56,058 bases of DNA, filler included, from Sphacelaria rigidula (GCA_964200075.2; 7 parts of 7 records of this genome joined end to end with filler, not necessarily neighbours in it); one strand, 5' to 3'. Positions 36,290 through 48,696 are shown, counted from the whole stretch's first letter. Notes: generated by a model not told the origin, from the sequence alone. Program-made: numbers and translations.

Positions 36290-36679
36290 GGAGTGTACTG
36301 TGCAGAGGCGTGGCCTTGGACTGGACGGACTTTGCAAGGCAGGGTTTGGGTTGAAACACAGAGTGCCTGGGTAGGGGGCTCCGACGGGGAGCCTCCAAGA
36401 CGGGACAACGACGATCCCAGACTGGGGATTGGAGGATCACAGTACCAGGGTGACAGGCTCGGGAAGACGGTCCGGGTTGACTCGCCCGGGGTTATGCTGG
36501 TGGTGGTGTTGTTTTTGTTGTTATCGCTGCTCCCTTTCTTTCCTTTCTGAGGCCGTTGCTTCTGTCTTTTTTTGTTCCTTGTTTTTTTCTGTTATTATTC
36601 TGTCTAGTTTTGCTGCTCCTGAGCACGGGCTGGATTGTTGCAATCAGCTAATGTGAGATAATCAATCAATCAAATCAAT
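36290..36679 (+). mobile_element. 5'-truncated LINE-like retroposon 3' end with (CAAT)n tail (5' boundary approximate)
   Basis: Same terminus as 1-146. Related diverged termini at ~37160-37200 (+), 54046-54125 (-) and 54620-54670 (-). Confidence 0.6.
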
Positions 36680-37782
36680 TAGTGAGCGGGTCGGGTCATA
36701 TAGAGGTCATAATAACAGCAATATTATTTGTCACATCAGGCCGATTGTGGTGCTTGCTTTGTAGGAAATTGCGATAGAATATCTGGTATCGGTAGGGTAT
36801 GAGATGTCCCAAATACCGGTACCGGGTACCTGCCTTACCCTCTATACCGAATCCAAAACTGTCACCTGGCATTGCGAAGCGTTTCAGATCTGGGTGCAAG
36901 TTGAGCAGTCGAAGTTTTTACATGCCCCAGGTTGGAAGTCGCCCCCTACCCGAACACACTGCACCCCGGACCGAGGGAGAGAACGAGAGCCAGTGCGAAT
37001 GGCAGCTAACGCGACATCCCTGCACCCATATGCTATTGGATCGATGCGAGTAGCATGTTATCTGGCTAAGTTTTGTTTTCGTTCTCTACTTGCAATACAT
37101 GGGACTCTTCTTCCTTGCTGCTATCGGACATTTGCATGATTTTTCATTCTCTTTGTACTATCCGTCCTGATCACGGCTGGATTTTGTTGTAATAAGCTGA
37201 CAGGGCTAGACACCCAATCCATGGATCGATCATGGGTAGCGCGTGGTGATTTCGTGGTTGCTGACGCGGGTGCAGAGACTAAAGCGCTTTGAAAATAGTG
37301 CAGTAATTCCTGACACCAACGTATTGCAGCAGTACGTGAGAGCAGGTGCAGTAGTACGCAAGAGTAGGGTTTGTCCCTCTATGTTTAGTTGTATCTTCAT
37401 CTTTTCATTCAGAGCACCCGGAAATTTAGTAATATGGAAGGTTATTTGATTGGTATTTTGGCACATTCTTGTGTATCTTGTATGCCTCCTGCGACCCCTC
37501 GTTTTCATGTTTTTCCTCATTTTCGTTATTTTTCTGCTTGTTTGCTTGAACGTGGAATATTATTGCGTATGATGCTCATCTTCGACATGGAACAATACAT
37601 ACCTTCAAATGATGATCTAATATGTATACCCAGCACCGAAAACATCAGACGACATGGGAATAATTCATTCACATTGATCCAAACACGAAAATCAGGGGGA
37701 ATCTGGGTATTAATTACTTATGAAAACAATACGTGCCTGCTCCGACAGCTTCTGGCCTCAGCGTAAGTTGGCACCAGCTGCG

Positions 37783-38150
37783 GTAAATACCGGGGGTACC
37801 CCCGGTATCTACCGGGGTATCTCGGACCGTGGTATGCGGAGGTATCGTAGGTATGAAATTTCAAAATATCGGATTGGGCGGGTACGGTAGGTATTGAAAT
37901 CTCCAAATACCCTGGTACCGTGGGTATCGTAGGTATTGAAATGTCGACATACCCTGGTATCGTAGGTATCGTAGGTATGACATTTCAAAATACTGTACCG
38001 GATTGGGCGGGTACGGTAGGTGGTGAAATCTCGGAATACCCTGGTATCATGGGTATCGTAGCTATGACATTTGAAAATACCGGATTGGGTCGGTATCGGT
38101 AGGGTATGAGATGTCCCAAATACCCGTACCGGGTACCTACCTTACCTACG
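37783..38150. repeat. Array of GGTATCGTAGGTAT(T)GAAAT / GGATTGGGCGGGTACGGTAGG modules, probably DNA-transposon subterminal repeats
   Basis: Modules of ~35-45 bp recur. The terminal block GGTATCGGTAGGGTATGAGATGTCCCAAATACC.GTACCGGGTACCT.CCTTACC is also at 36785-36840. Confidence 0.75.
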
Positions 38151-38994
38151 GTGCCTGTGAAATCGTCGTTCTTCCATCAACGGTTCCAAAATGGTCAAGA
38201 TATCACGAAATTAGATATCGTATGGCCGATGTTGGAACCCGATGCACATCCGCAAGGCACGGACCAAGACGGAGGGTGGTCCTTGTGGGCACAAATATGG
38301 TTGAAAATAGACTTTGCGAACAGAATTTACCTATCTCGATAAGACACGGCCCAAAGACACGATGATATTACTGTCAATACTAAAGTGCACACGGACCGAG
38401 CACATACCTCGATATACCGGGCCGCACGATCACCTGTTAGTCGACCTGAAGATAACACCCACCGCCCATCAGTGAGTTTTTATCCTGATTTTCTCGGCGA
38501 ATTCGGAGACCACGCCGAAGAACGCTATACACCAAGCAATATCTCATCGACATACATCCTCGATCGGGGCCTAGCCGATTTTAAAAACTCGTTTTCGATA
38601 AAGTCGATCTGAAAAGCCAACATCATCAGGGTGTTATACTCCGTCACATTGTAGGTCCCAACCAACAGCTGAGCTGCATAATGTATGTAGCAGCTAACTC
38701 GACAGCACTAACCTGGCACAATGAATGCGATGATCCAAGCCAGTGCAATGGGCTTCAAAAATTTCTCCATGGCAAACAGAAATGACGTGAACGTACCACG
38801 TGCTGCGGTGTTGCTGGGCGCTGACAACACGTGACTCTGGCTACCAGGCAGCTATTTCGGAACATAATTGGAACCAGAAGTTTGAAGGTTCGGTTCACGC
38901 GTGGGGGTGTTGGGTGTTGGGAAACTAGGAAGATTTGCTCAGCACAGATCGAAATCTGAAGCCTCTCTGTCCTGTTGGCAGTCAAGCTTCCCCC

Positions 38995-39147
38995 ATGACC
39001 GGAGGTGCTGTGAGTAATGCGTGCCTGGTGCAGGATAGCGATGCCCCTGCGAGAGCAGTGACAGAATCTCCCGTGTGCGTGGAGTGCGGAAGGTCGGTTG
39101 AGCTGCTGCTTCGACAGTACACCCGGGGGATTCGTTTGGGGAGATGT
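38995..39147 (+). CDS. ARV1: ARV1-like protein (ER sterol/GPI homeostasis), first coding exon
   Basis: ...PVCVECGRSVELLLRQYTRGIRLGRC|GTGAGT matches the ARV1 N-terminal zinc-binding pattern CxECG.....L...Y....IRL..C. Strong donor; downstream exons not found in this contig. Confidence 0.75.
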
Positions 39148-39429
39148 GTGAGTACACAAGAATGCCGGTGGTACATATATTTTTATGACTTGCGGATTGC
39201 AATTCCTGCACCATGCTTGAAGGAGCTAACCACCTCACTACAGTACTGTACTGTAGCTCACTGTACAGGTCACTTCCGCAGTGGTTATCGGATACCAGGT
39301 GCAGTACTGGTGCCCCTTCCTGACATGTTGTTACATGACGGCGTATAACACCCTCTGCGATGCATTTCCCGTTTTACTATTGTACTTACCGTACTGGCTT
39401 GCGACATTTGGAAACCCGAAGACACACAG

Positions 39430-39645
39430 AACGTATGTGCGAATACCGAACCTTTCCTCCGATGTTTTTTTGTTTTTCTGCGTGAGTTATTGGCGACTTG
39501 GTTCCGAAAAAACTGTTCTGAAATGTTCCGTCGCCAATAACTCACGAAGAAAAGAAAAATATATATCACGGGAGGAACGAAGGGGTGTTTGCACATACTT
39601 CCTCTACATGTCAAAATTTCATCGAAAACGACTGAGTTTTGAGCT
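39430..39645. mobile_element. Foldback element related to 43009-43296
   Basis: CGTGAGTTATTGGCGAC / GTCGCCAATAACTCACG inverted core, with GTATGTGCGAA / TTGCACATAC arms. Confidence 0.7.
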
Positions 39646-40015
39646 CGGGAATTGTGTCACAGCTTGTGCGGCACCACGCGGCACAAAACTGACTGTACGC
39701 GAAAATCCAATATCAGCGGCTTTCTTTTGGCTAATTCCGCCGCACACAGTACCCTCTGTACACTTTGGCACTTGATTACAGTTTTGTATTTCGTTTGATG
39801 AGGCCTTGTCGGATCGCAGTGCTACATGGATTCGAAGACGCACGCTGATTTGCCGATTACCACGATGTGTCATAGTGGGCGCAACTCGCGATACATCTTG
39901 AGTTAGAACGCAACAACTCTTCAAGTTTCCCAAATCAGGACGACCTAAGCATATCGCTGTGAACTGCAGACTAACCTGGTAACATAGGCACCGCCGCTGC
40001 TCGATTGGTGCACTT

Positions 40016-40115
40016 NNNNNNNNNNNNNNNNNNNNNNNNNNNNNNNNNNNNNNNNNNNNTTAATTAATTAANNNNNNNNNNNNNNNNNNNNNNNNNNNNN
40101 NNNNNNNNNNNNNNN
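40016..40115. other. Artificial contig spacer
   Basis: N44-TTAATTAATTAA-N44. Confidence 0.99.
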
Positions 40116-40700
40116 GAGCCCCTGAACCAGACAAAATTTCGCGAAAAAAGTGCACCACTACCGTAGCATTGCTCTACTCTACTCTTGAGAGAAAAAAAAA
40201 CGAAATTAAAAGAAAGTGTCTGGGATTGGATTTTTTTGTATTGTTATTATTGTTGACGAGTTGAACCTCCGGGGTCCGATGGCCTATGAGGGACCACCAA
40301 TAAGTAAGGCTGTGTCTTATCAAAATGTTGTCGTGTCGAAATCGTACGGTGGAAAGGAAACTCGCTTGTATCTGATACGTCAACGTCATTTTTTTTCGTG
40401 GATGGGTGAAGAACATAAATGTCGCGTGTACGTATCAGGTACGAGCAAATTCGATTCTCACCGCACATTTTCCAGTCGACAACACTTTTGGGAGAGGACA
40501 CGGCATGGGTGCTGCCTTCATGTGGAAGCTTATTGCATCTTCAACCATCATGTATCGAGCAGATGAGCTAGCGGTGATACATATAGATACGCATCCCTAT
40601 CGCGCACGAATCTGACAAGAGCTCTGCCGTTGTTGTGAATTGTTGCGGTCATGCCCTCGACTTTCGTCGGGGGGCTTTGATGGACGGTACGGTATGCCAG

Positions 40701-40801
40701 GGAGCGGCGGAGCTCGAGCGGCAGAAGGCGGAAGAACTCGCCAATGTTGCGGAGCTGGATGCCACTATACGCACCGAAGAGGCCAAGAGATTGCAGTGGC
40801 G
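40701..40801 (+). CDS. Coiled-coil exon (GAAELERQKAEELANVAELDATIRTEEAKRLQW|R), possibly the C-terminal helix of a UCH37/UCHL5-type deubiquitinase
   Basis: ccag| acceptor and CG|GTGAGC donor. I..EE.K...W[RK] resembles the segment preceding EN.RR.HNY in UCH37, but that following exon was not found. Confidence 0.5.
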
Positions 40802-41170
40802 GTGAGCTCCATTATTCACATTCTGCGTGTGTCCTGGAACAACGCACCAACACCGTGGTACTTGATCTGATCCCATCTGGCCTGATCTGTTATGTTCGGT
40901 GGTATCTGTGGATGGTTGTTGTTGTTGTTGCCGTTTTCGTTTCTCGGTAGAGCCTTTTTTTATATTGCAGTGGCGGTGAGCTCCATTATTCACATTTTGC
41001 GTGTGTTCTGAAACAACGCACCAACACCGTGATACGTGATCTGGTCCCGTCTGATGTTATCTGTTTTGTTCTGTGGTATCTGTGAATGGTTGTTGTTGTT
41101 GTTGTTGTTGTTGTTGTTGCTGTCGTCGTCGTCGTCGTCGTTTTCGTTTTCGTTTTCGTTTTCGTTTCCG
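40790..41170 (+). repeat. Tandem duplication (~175-bp period) of exon end plus intron start, with GTT/GTC/CGTTTT microsatellites
   Basis: ATTGCAGTGGCGGTGAGCTCCATTATTCACATT...AACAACGCACCAACACCGTG occurs at ~40790 and ~40964. Confidence 0.9.
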
Positions 41171-41339
41171 TTTTTCGCCAGAGCCCTCTATCAGATTTCT
41201 AGGGCCCGCGGTCATATAGCGGTGGCACAGAAAGACAGGATACAACGGGGAAAATGAGGGGAAAACGCCCACGACCACGAAAACATGGCGCCCCGAAGCG
41301 CGGGGTTCTACTGACACACCTTCGACATATATAAAAATA

Positions 41340-42241
41340 CAGTAGTTCACATCTGAAATAGGACACTCTCGCAGTTTTTTCACAGTCGGGGATATTCAAA
41401 AATGTTTTCGCGTGCCACCGCTCATCCCAGGTAACGTTTGATCCCCAAGTTTGGGGATCGGGAGATATTAGGCATCCCCTCCACATTCCGAAGTAAGATC
41501 ACACCTGCGCTCAATATTGTACGACTCATGGGCTGACCGTTTTCTGGGGTTCTGAGACTATCCAGCCCTAGGTTCTGACCCTTGAGTATTTTTTCTCGAT
41601 TGGAGCAAATCTCAATCGTGTTCGTGAACGAATGAACAAAGAGAGGAATTTCTTTTTTTATTTCCACCTATTTATTGCGCTAGAGCCGAAAAACTGTGTT
41701 TTTTGGACCAGTGAAGGTCGATAACACCCCCTGATGAACAAGGTACGTACTCCTTATCACCCCGACAACACCAGTTGAGGATCTTGTTCTGAGCACGACC
41801 TGTTTCTCTTCCCAATATCTATCGATGCTAGGACTTGTAAGCGCCAAGGATGGATACTACACCGAGAAAAGTCAGAAAAGTACCCAAGAACGGAAATTGC
41901 CCAACCGAGCTCTGCATGGCACAGGCGAGGGTGAACCGATTCCGATCACTCTCATGAAAGATTTTACGGAACCTTATTTGTTTATGTCCACCTCTTCATC
42001 GCGCTAGGGCCGAAAATAAACGTAACTTGGACTAAAAGCGGTCAATAACACCCGCTGTCAGTCAGCTCGTACGTCGTTCAATGTTGTTTCGGAATTTAAG
42101 GGGGATACTCACTGTCTCCCTACTGCCAAACGTTGAGATCAACCGCTCCCTGGGATGAGCGGTGGCACGCGAAAAAACTTCTGAATATCGACGACTACGA
42201 AAAAATTACAAAAAAAATCCTATTTCAGATGAAAACCACTA
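41340..42241. mobile_element. Non-autonomous DNA transposon with ~125-bp TIRs (CAGT.GTT ends, hAT-like) and internal direct repeat
   Basis: CAGTAGTTCACATCTGAAATAGGA...TTTTCGCGTGCCACCGCTCATCCCAGG is inverted to CCTGGGATGAGCGGTGGCACGCGAAAA...TCCTATTTCAGATGAAAACCACT. Internal TCCACCT....GCGCTAG.GCCGAAAA occurs at ~41663 and ~41987. Confidence 0.75.
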
Positions 42242-43331
42242 CAGGCTGGGCCGCCTAAGACGCGGACTTTCCTTCAGCCGGTCCTAACTGACGACCTATC
42301 GCGAGTTGTGCCTGCTATGACACATTGTGGTAATCTTCAAATCAACGCGCGTCTTTCACTTCACGTAGCATTGCGATCTGACGAGTTCCCATCAAACGAA
42401 ATACCAAACTGCAGTCAGCTGCGAAGTGTAGAGAGTTGAGGGTGGCATGTGCGGCGGAATTAGGGGGGGAAAACGGCTGAAATCGCATTTACGGTTACAG
42501 TCAGTTGTGCCGCGGCCGCAAAGTGATGGTGCTGCACTAGTTGTGGTTGTACAACAAGGCATGTACTGTAGGCGCGCAGTGTCTGAGATGGCGTGCAGAC
42601 GAGACCTCCAGCGCGCCAAGGCGTCGCGCTTGGGGAAAACGTCAACGTTCCGGCTGAGGTTATTGTACTCTGAAACCAGGTGAACCGGTTCTCGGCAGAA
42701 AAACGCAATTTCAATGCTCAATTTGAAGTTGTTTCCCATGAAATCTTGACACAGTATACATGGGGTATATGTGAATCCCCTACCGTTTGCCTCCTCATTT
42801 CTTTTTTTCCTCGTATGTTATTGGTGATCTAAATTTCGGAACAGTTTCCCCTGGTGCAAAAGCGTCGACAACTCATAAAAATAAAAATAGATGTCAAGGG
42901 GGGACAATAGGGAGTTCAAAACATACCTTATGCGCATCGTGTCGAAATTTTGTGAAAAAATACTTGAAATTCAACAGCATCTCCACATAAGAACCAGTCT
43001 TGGACACGAACACGCGATTTAACAGCTGAGTTTCAAATCGTTTTCAATGAAATTTTGACACGATGTACATAAGTATGTGCGAAGACGCCACTTTCCCCCC
43101 TCTACACTGTTATTTTCCCCGTGAGTTATCGGCGATCAAACATTTCAGGACAGTTTTTTCGGAACAAAATCGTGAATAACTTAAATATATATATATATAT
43201 ATGGGGGGAAAAGTGGCGTCGTGGCACATACATCCTGTACATCGTGTCAAAATTTCATAGAAAACAACTTGAAACTCAGCTGTTAACTCGCGTGTTGATA
43301 TCCCTGTCCGCGTCTTAAGCGGCCCAGCCTG
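42242..43331. mobile_element. Tc1/mariner-like non-autonomous element with TA target-site duplication
   Basis: TA|CAGGCTGGGCCGCCTAAGACGCGGAC ... GTCCGCGTCTTAAGCGGCCCAGCCTG|TA (25 of 26 TIR match). Confidence 0.85.
43009..43296. repeat. Long internal foldback (~90-bp arms)
   Basis: AACACGCGA.TTAACAGCTGAGTTTCAA...ATGAAATTTTGACACGATGTACA...GACGCCACTTT is inverted at 43203-43296. Confidence 0.85.
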
Positions 43332-43589
43332 TACATGATTGGCAACTTTTTCGTGTACGAGTCAAAATTCTCCTTCCCCCCTGAAGAAAAGATAGGGCGG
43401 GAAAACGCCATTACAAAAAAGGAAAAAGGCGCGCTATGTTTTCTCTCTTCGTCATTGCACCCCTCCGCACCGCCATACATCAGGGCGCCATCGTAGTGGG
43501 CTGTGTACTACAGACTGACAGGCTCCAAGTTCGAATTGTTGGGGGATGTAGTTATCACAGCAAATACATACCACGTCCATGACCGGAGT

Positions 43590-44060
43590 AAATGATCACT
43601 TCACAGCAGAGGGTAACAAATTTAGGGATAGCTGGGCTATCCTTCTTGAGATTCCCGTCGCCTTCCTGCATGTCAAAGAAGCAGGAAACCTCGGAACCAA
43701 CTGTCGCCAAGCAAATTCGCAAGTACGAAATGGATTCTTGGAAGATACTTCATGCCAAGGATTTAAGGCACAACAAGCGAGACTGTACGGATGTGTTGGG
43801 GGATGTATTTGACACGGCAAATACATATCACGTCTATGACAGGAGGTAATGACCACTTCACAGCAGAGGGTTTACAAATTTTGGGGTAGTCGGGCTATCC
43901 TGGTTGAGATTCCCCTTGCCGTCCTGCATCCAACAGAAGCAGCAAAACTCGGAACGTCTCCATCTGTCGCTTAGGAGATTTGCAAGTACGAAATTGATTA
44001 TTGCAGGGTACTCCATGCCAACCAAGGTTTTGGGGCACAAAGAGCGAGACTGTAAGGATA
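43590..44060 (+). repeat. Diverged tandem duplication (~258-bp period)
   Basis: AATGA.CACTTCACAGCAGAGGGT...GGGCTATCCT..TTGAGATTCCC...GCAAGTACGAAAT.GATT...AGCGAGACTGTA occurs at ~43591 and ~43848. Confidence 0.85.
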
Positions 44061-47000
44061 CCGACTGCGTTATTGATGGATACGATGTGCACGACGGTGC
44101 AGCCAGTCAATTGGATTCGAATCTGCCCGCGCGCAGGCGACAAGTAACTGGGCGAGGCTCAGGAACTCAAAACCGCCCGTCTCTCTCGAACTTCATCGTG
44201 CTCACACAGGTGAGGTACGATTGACCCTGAAGCGAGGCAACAAATGTGCGAGCCGAAAAAGAGAGGGTGGTGCAAGAATACATGCGCCCCTGCAGAACTC
44301 AAACTAGAGTTCTGTTGTAGCATGCCGGCAATGGCAAGGGGTACCCCCATGTGCTGTGCCGTGGTGTACTGTATGGCACAATCTATTGCGTATCATCTGT
44401 CGGTTTATTCATGCAGAGCATCTGTCGGCGTGGAAATGTGGAACGTGTCTCCTCTCACAGTTATCATGTGAAGGAAACGTGGAAGTGTTGACTGTTGACT
44501 CGAAAATGTGCACTGCTGCTTTCTCAGTCTTCGTGTGAAGAAAAATGTGAAGCAAAACGGGATTTGCAGTCCCCCCATGTGCTTCAGACTAATATACTAG
44601 TCTACACAAGCAGTTTTGTGCTTCGCGTTTCCAACAGTTCCTTGGGGTACTCCTTTCCAATATAGAAGACATGAACTCGACTAGGAACCTGCAGAGACAT
44701 GATGCAGTCACCGTACCCCCTCGTATCCATGATGCAACACAATCTTCCACCCGGCAAAGTAGCTCATGGTTGCAGCGACGGAGACAGCAAGGGACCATTT
44801 TTCGTTCAAGTCAAGCAGCCGTTGTGTCAAGATACACATACTCGCCCTGAGGGTACAATCCCAGGAAGCCGTTCCGTGTGTGAAGCACAAGCAGAGGCTC
44901 ATTGCTTCTCCATTACCAGCCTCGAAGATGGAAGCTAGAGAATGAGCATGGACAATATTACACGTGCTAGCTTTCAAGCGTCGTTTACTCACCGTAACTT
45001 CGCAGTGGTCCTCAATCTGTTGTTGGACGTGTTGCTGCGACCGTGCTACAGGAGATTTGGCCATGCAGAATAGAATTATTTACGGCATTCGGCGTGGTTC
45101 AGACCTGCGGTACGAAAACATATATCATGTACAGTATTCAAACAGTCGCTTTTGTTTTTGACGGATCGAAATGACAAAAAAACGTATACTTTTAGAGGTC
45201 ACGAAAATTATTCAAATGTCAAGATAACAGAGCAATTGATGCCCAGTTTCTCATCTTTCCGGAAAATATAAATGTATGTTTAAGCACCGCAAACAAGGGT
45301 GAATAGCAAAATATGTTGGATTACGACCAAAATAACTAAACGGTCGGAGCGATCAAGTCGGTCTCTGGGCTGCGGACACACCACGCTGTGAGGACATAGT
45401 GCGAACTTGATCAGTATATCAATGATGCCGAAGGGAAAGCAGAAAATCCCGAATATCATAAAAGCTGCTGCAGAGAGAGAGGTTGTTCAGGAGAAAAAAA
45501 CTTCCAAGATTGCGGTGGAGGAAGCTGTAAACGAAGGTGTAAAATTGCAGGTACAGCGTTCTACTGATCGGTACAACAACAGTACAAAACAAAACAGTAC
45601 AAACTGTCCGTTGTGTTCCTGCTTTGCCCGGGAAACCCCCCACATCACAATGGGGGCGTACCTTCTCAAGACTTGATAATCTCGATGGCTGCGGTGCTAC
45701 CGGGCATCCGTTGTATATCTTTTGCGAAAATCTTCTTGCTGGCACACATGTGACCGCGATGTTATCGTTTTGTAGGTAGTTGCTTTTGAGTCCTCCTGCC
45801 ACTCGCCTGCTGTTCTCTGCGATGTCCATGTGTTCGTGATGTACGAGTACGAGTATTGCGGATTCTGGACGTAACGCCAGCTGATGGGGTGCCAAACCCA
45901 CCGCGTATCGAGTGCTCGATTCCAAGTACAGTAGTTCGACGAGTAAGAGCACTCTCCGAGGAATCCCCCTTGTCGGAAGCCCTTCAAGTGGCAATAAAAG
46001 GTTGTAGATCTGAGTCGGCGATGGAGTTGGGCACATCTTGACAGGATACCAAGTTTTCGAAATACCCCCACAGGTCCAACGGTTCTTGAGTCGTGGGAGT
46101 CGAAAAAATCAGAGAAAACTTATAGTACGACTTCCATGATTAAAAGTCGATTCGTAGGACTAACTGCGAAAAGCAACGACGATTAATTCGATGACTCCTA
46201 GGCCACGACTCTCAGTCGTTGTCGTTGCACCTGTGAACACATTTTATCTCAAGTTGCACCTGGGGGAGTTCCTGCATTCATCAAACACCCTGAGATATTT
46301 TGTGTTGAAACAACTCTTGACGCGGCAGGCGGGCGCAGCACATAACAGTACCCGGTAGTACGAGTCCGGCAAGCATGAAATCATCCCGAGTGTTTTTTGT
46401 ACCCTCGTAGAGTTGGCAAGCCGCAGCAGCGTTGTAGTGTGACCCGTTTGTGTGATTTCACCGTCTCAACTGCCATCGTGGAACAGTTGACGGATTGTTC
46501 ATGTGGTGGAGGTGTGTACCGTGAAACAGGACACTCCTAGAGCGGTCCATCCCAAACGCGTTTCCCGCCGCCAGACGTACGCCAGATGCGTAGTAGCTAG
46601 CGAGTGGAATTGCAAATGTGCTCAGGGTATGGCAGGGCACCAAGTAGGGTATTTTCGCGTGTCGATAAGCTGGGTACTTCGGATACCTACATTTGGCTGT
46701 GGATTTTCTAGGTACTCTGGAATACTGAGTAAGTACTCTGGGCAGTCGATACACTGGGTACCAGCAGTACTCATCACATATACTCGGTACTTGGGTTACC
46801 AAACCGGGAATAGGGGGGGGCGGGTACCCGAGGTACCCCAATACATGTAGTACTTCTGGTCGATACTGGGCATTCTGGCTGTCGCACCTTCGTCGCACGT
46901 CGTATGTTGGGGCAAAAAAAAAGTTTGGAATTGTATGGTGATATCCTGTAACGAAGTAGCTATCGTTTGGCACCCACTTTCGATGGTGGTGAGTCCATGG

Positions 47001-47558
47001 GACGAGAAGATGAAGTGCCCTGGAGGCGCAAGTGAATGATATCGTAGCGTAGCTCGGAATGTGGACCGACGCGAGGACCCCCACTTCAAACTTTCGAACC
47101 CTATCGCCAGCCTATCGAAGGTGCTTCCAGGCCTTGACCGCCAATACCGCCGTGTCAAGTATGTGCCGTTGTCCTACCGCGAGTTGATTTAGTACCAACA
47201 GGATTGCGTGCACAGGGATCGAGTTGTCGATGCAAAGACGATGGTGACGTAACGTTGATTATCCTGAGGTGTCCGATGCTGTGGCTTACTGACAACCAAG
47301 GAAAGGGGGTCAGGAGGTTCTCGCGAAAACAAAAGAAGGAAACTTGCCATAAAAAACTTGATCCTTTCTTTTTCCATATTCCAACGTTTCAACTGAAAAG
47401 TGGCTGAAATGGACCCTCAGGCCTCCACTTAACTGTAGTACAGTACAGGGCCAGCACATTGTGTTGATATACAGGCGAGGTGTTGAGTATATATTAGAGG
47501 ATCTGGCTGGAGGTGCACGGGAGTGTGACAGAACCAGGTGATCTTTGGTTGTCGGTAC

Positions 47559-47878
47559 CTCAGTAAGGGATCACGACCTGGGCGCTGCAGTTTGTCGTCG
47601 TGACACGTAGAGCAGCCGACAACCCAGAGCCGGAGCCTCCAAGCGATATTGCCACGCATGTTATGGTACCCCGTATTTTGCGGTACCACACGTGCCGCTG
47701 CTACGCATACATCTCTCAGCTCTCCTCGCAAGCGATCGAGTTCCGGTTTATATACTTTGTGGGAAAATCGTGCGCGTCGGCTGCTCCAGCCGCAAAATGC
47801 ATCAAACCTGTAGCTCGAACGATTGTACGTGGAGACGAACTCTTCAACCGGCCGCCTCGCTTCTTTCATGAGTGAACC
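47559..47878 (-). CDS. Candidate exon of unknown protein (GSLMKEARRPVEEF...RDPLLR)
   Basis: atttcag| acceptor, open frame, GAG|GTACCG donor. Family not recognised; may be TE-derived. Confidence 0.3.
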
Positions 47879-47986
47879 CTGAAATAAATCTCGAGCTCGA
47901 CCATTTTCCGCTGAAGACGCCGAAGGTGAAGGAAAACACCAACCGGGGGCGACTAGAAACACGACTTCGATTTTATCGTACACTAC

Positions 47987-48037
47987 GGTCGCCACGGTGG
48001 CTCAGTTGGTAACCTCGTAACCTTCTGATGGTTGAGT
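47987..48037 (+). mobile_element. SINE head cut by contig end
   Basis: GGTCGCCACGGTGGCTCAGTTGGTAACCTCG matches the 23160 head. Confidence 0.75.
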
Positions 48038-48137
48038 NNNNNNNNNNNNNNNNNNNNNNNNNNNNNNNNNNNNNNNNNNNNTTAATTAATTAANNNNNNN
48101 NNNNNNNNNNNNNNNNNNNNNNNNNNNNNNNNNNNNN
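48038..48137. other. Artificial contig spacer
   Basis: N44-TTAATTAATTAA-N44. Confidence 0.99.
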
Positions 48138-48344
48138 CCCCCCGGTTTTATGGGGGAGGAGGGCCAATGGCCATCCGAATATACGATGCAACGTTCTTCA
48201 TCCCCCCCCCCCCCCCCCCCGTCTCGAAAGGGATGCACCGTCACCGGTGAAACGACTAAGGCAAGCAACAAATGACTACCCCCCACCGCCCCATTCTTTC
48301 CCCCATATTTATCCGTTCTCAAGATTCCTCTACTGTCGTAAAAG

Positions 48345-48696
48345 TTGTGTTGTTGTCCCATCTATTCTAGACGCCGGTCTACACCTTTCGGTATATGTGG
48401 GCACACAAGCCAGGGTCACACAAGCGGAAGGCCAACACATAATCTTTCTTCTTTTTATTTGTCATTAGTTCTCCACCTTCCTTCTGCGGTGCTTGTCTTT
48501 TATTTTTTTATCGCGAGAGGGTTCAGCAGTCCCTTTTCCTCGTCGACCGCTAAGGCGAAGTTTGTGTACCCACGACACAGTCGCTCTTCACTGTTGGGCC
48601 TTGTGTGAGAAAAAATCCCAGATCGCTCCGACATTCGAATCCACGACCCAACCATCACAAGGTTAAGAAGTTGCCAACTGAGCCACTGGGGCAACC
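48345..48696 (-). mobile_element. tRNA-derived SINE, full-length copy (~350 bp)
   Basis: The minus strand has A-box TGGCTCAGTTGG, B-box GATTCGAAT, the conserved body and an ACAACAC tail. Confidence 0.85.

Noticed and set aside
37783..38150. CRISPR-like array or repeat-protein ORF (GIVGI repeats)
   Set aside because: The modules are contiguous without spacers, and the short ORFs are by-products of the DNA repeat.
45407..46071. Overlapping ORFs, including MPKGKQK... as a possible transposase HTH
   Set aside because: No catalytic motifs and no consistent exon chain; cannot be supported without a search.
47987..48696. Inverted SINE pair across the last spacer
   Set aside because: The copies lie on different contigs, so the adjacency is artificial.
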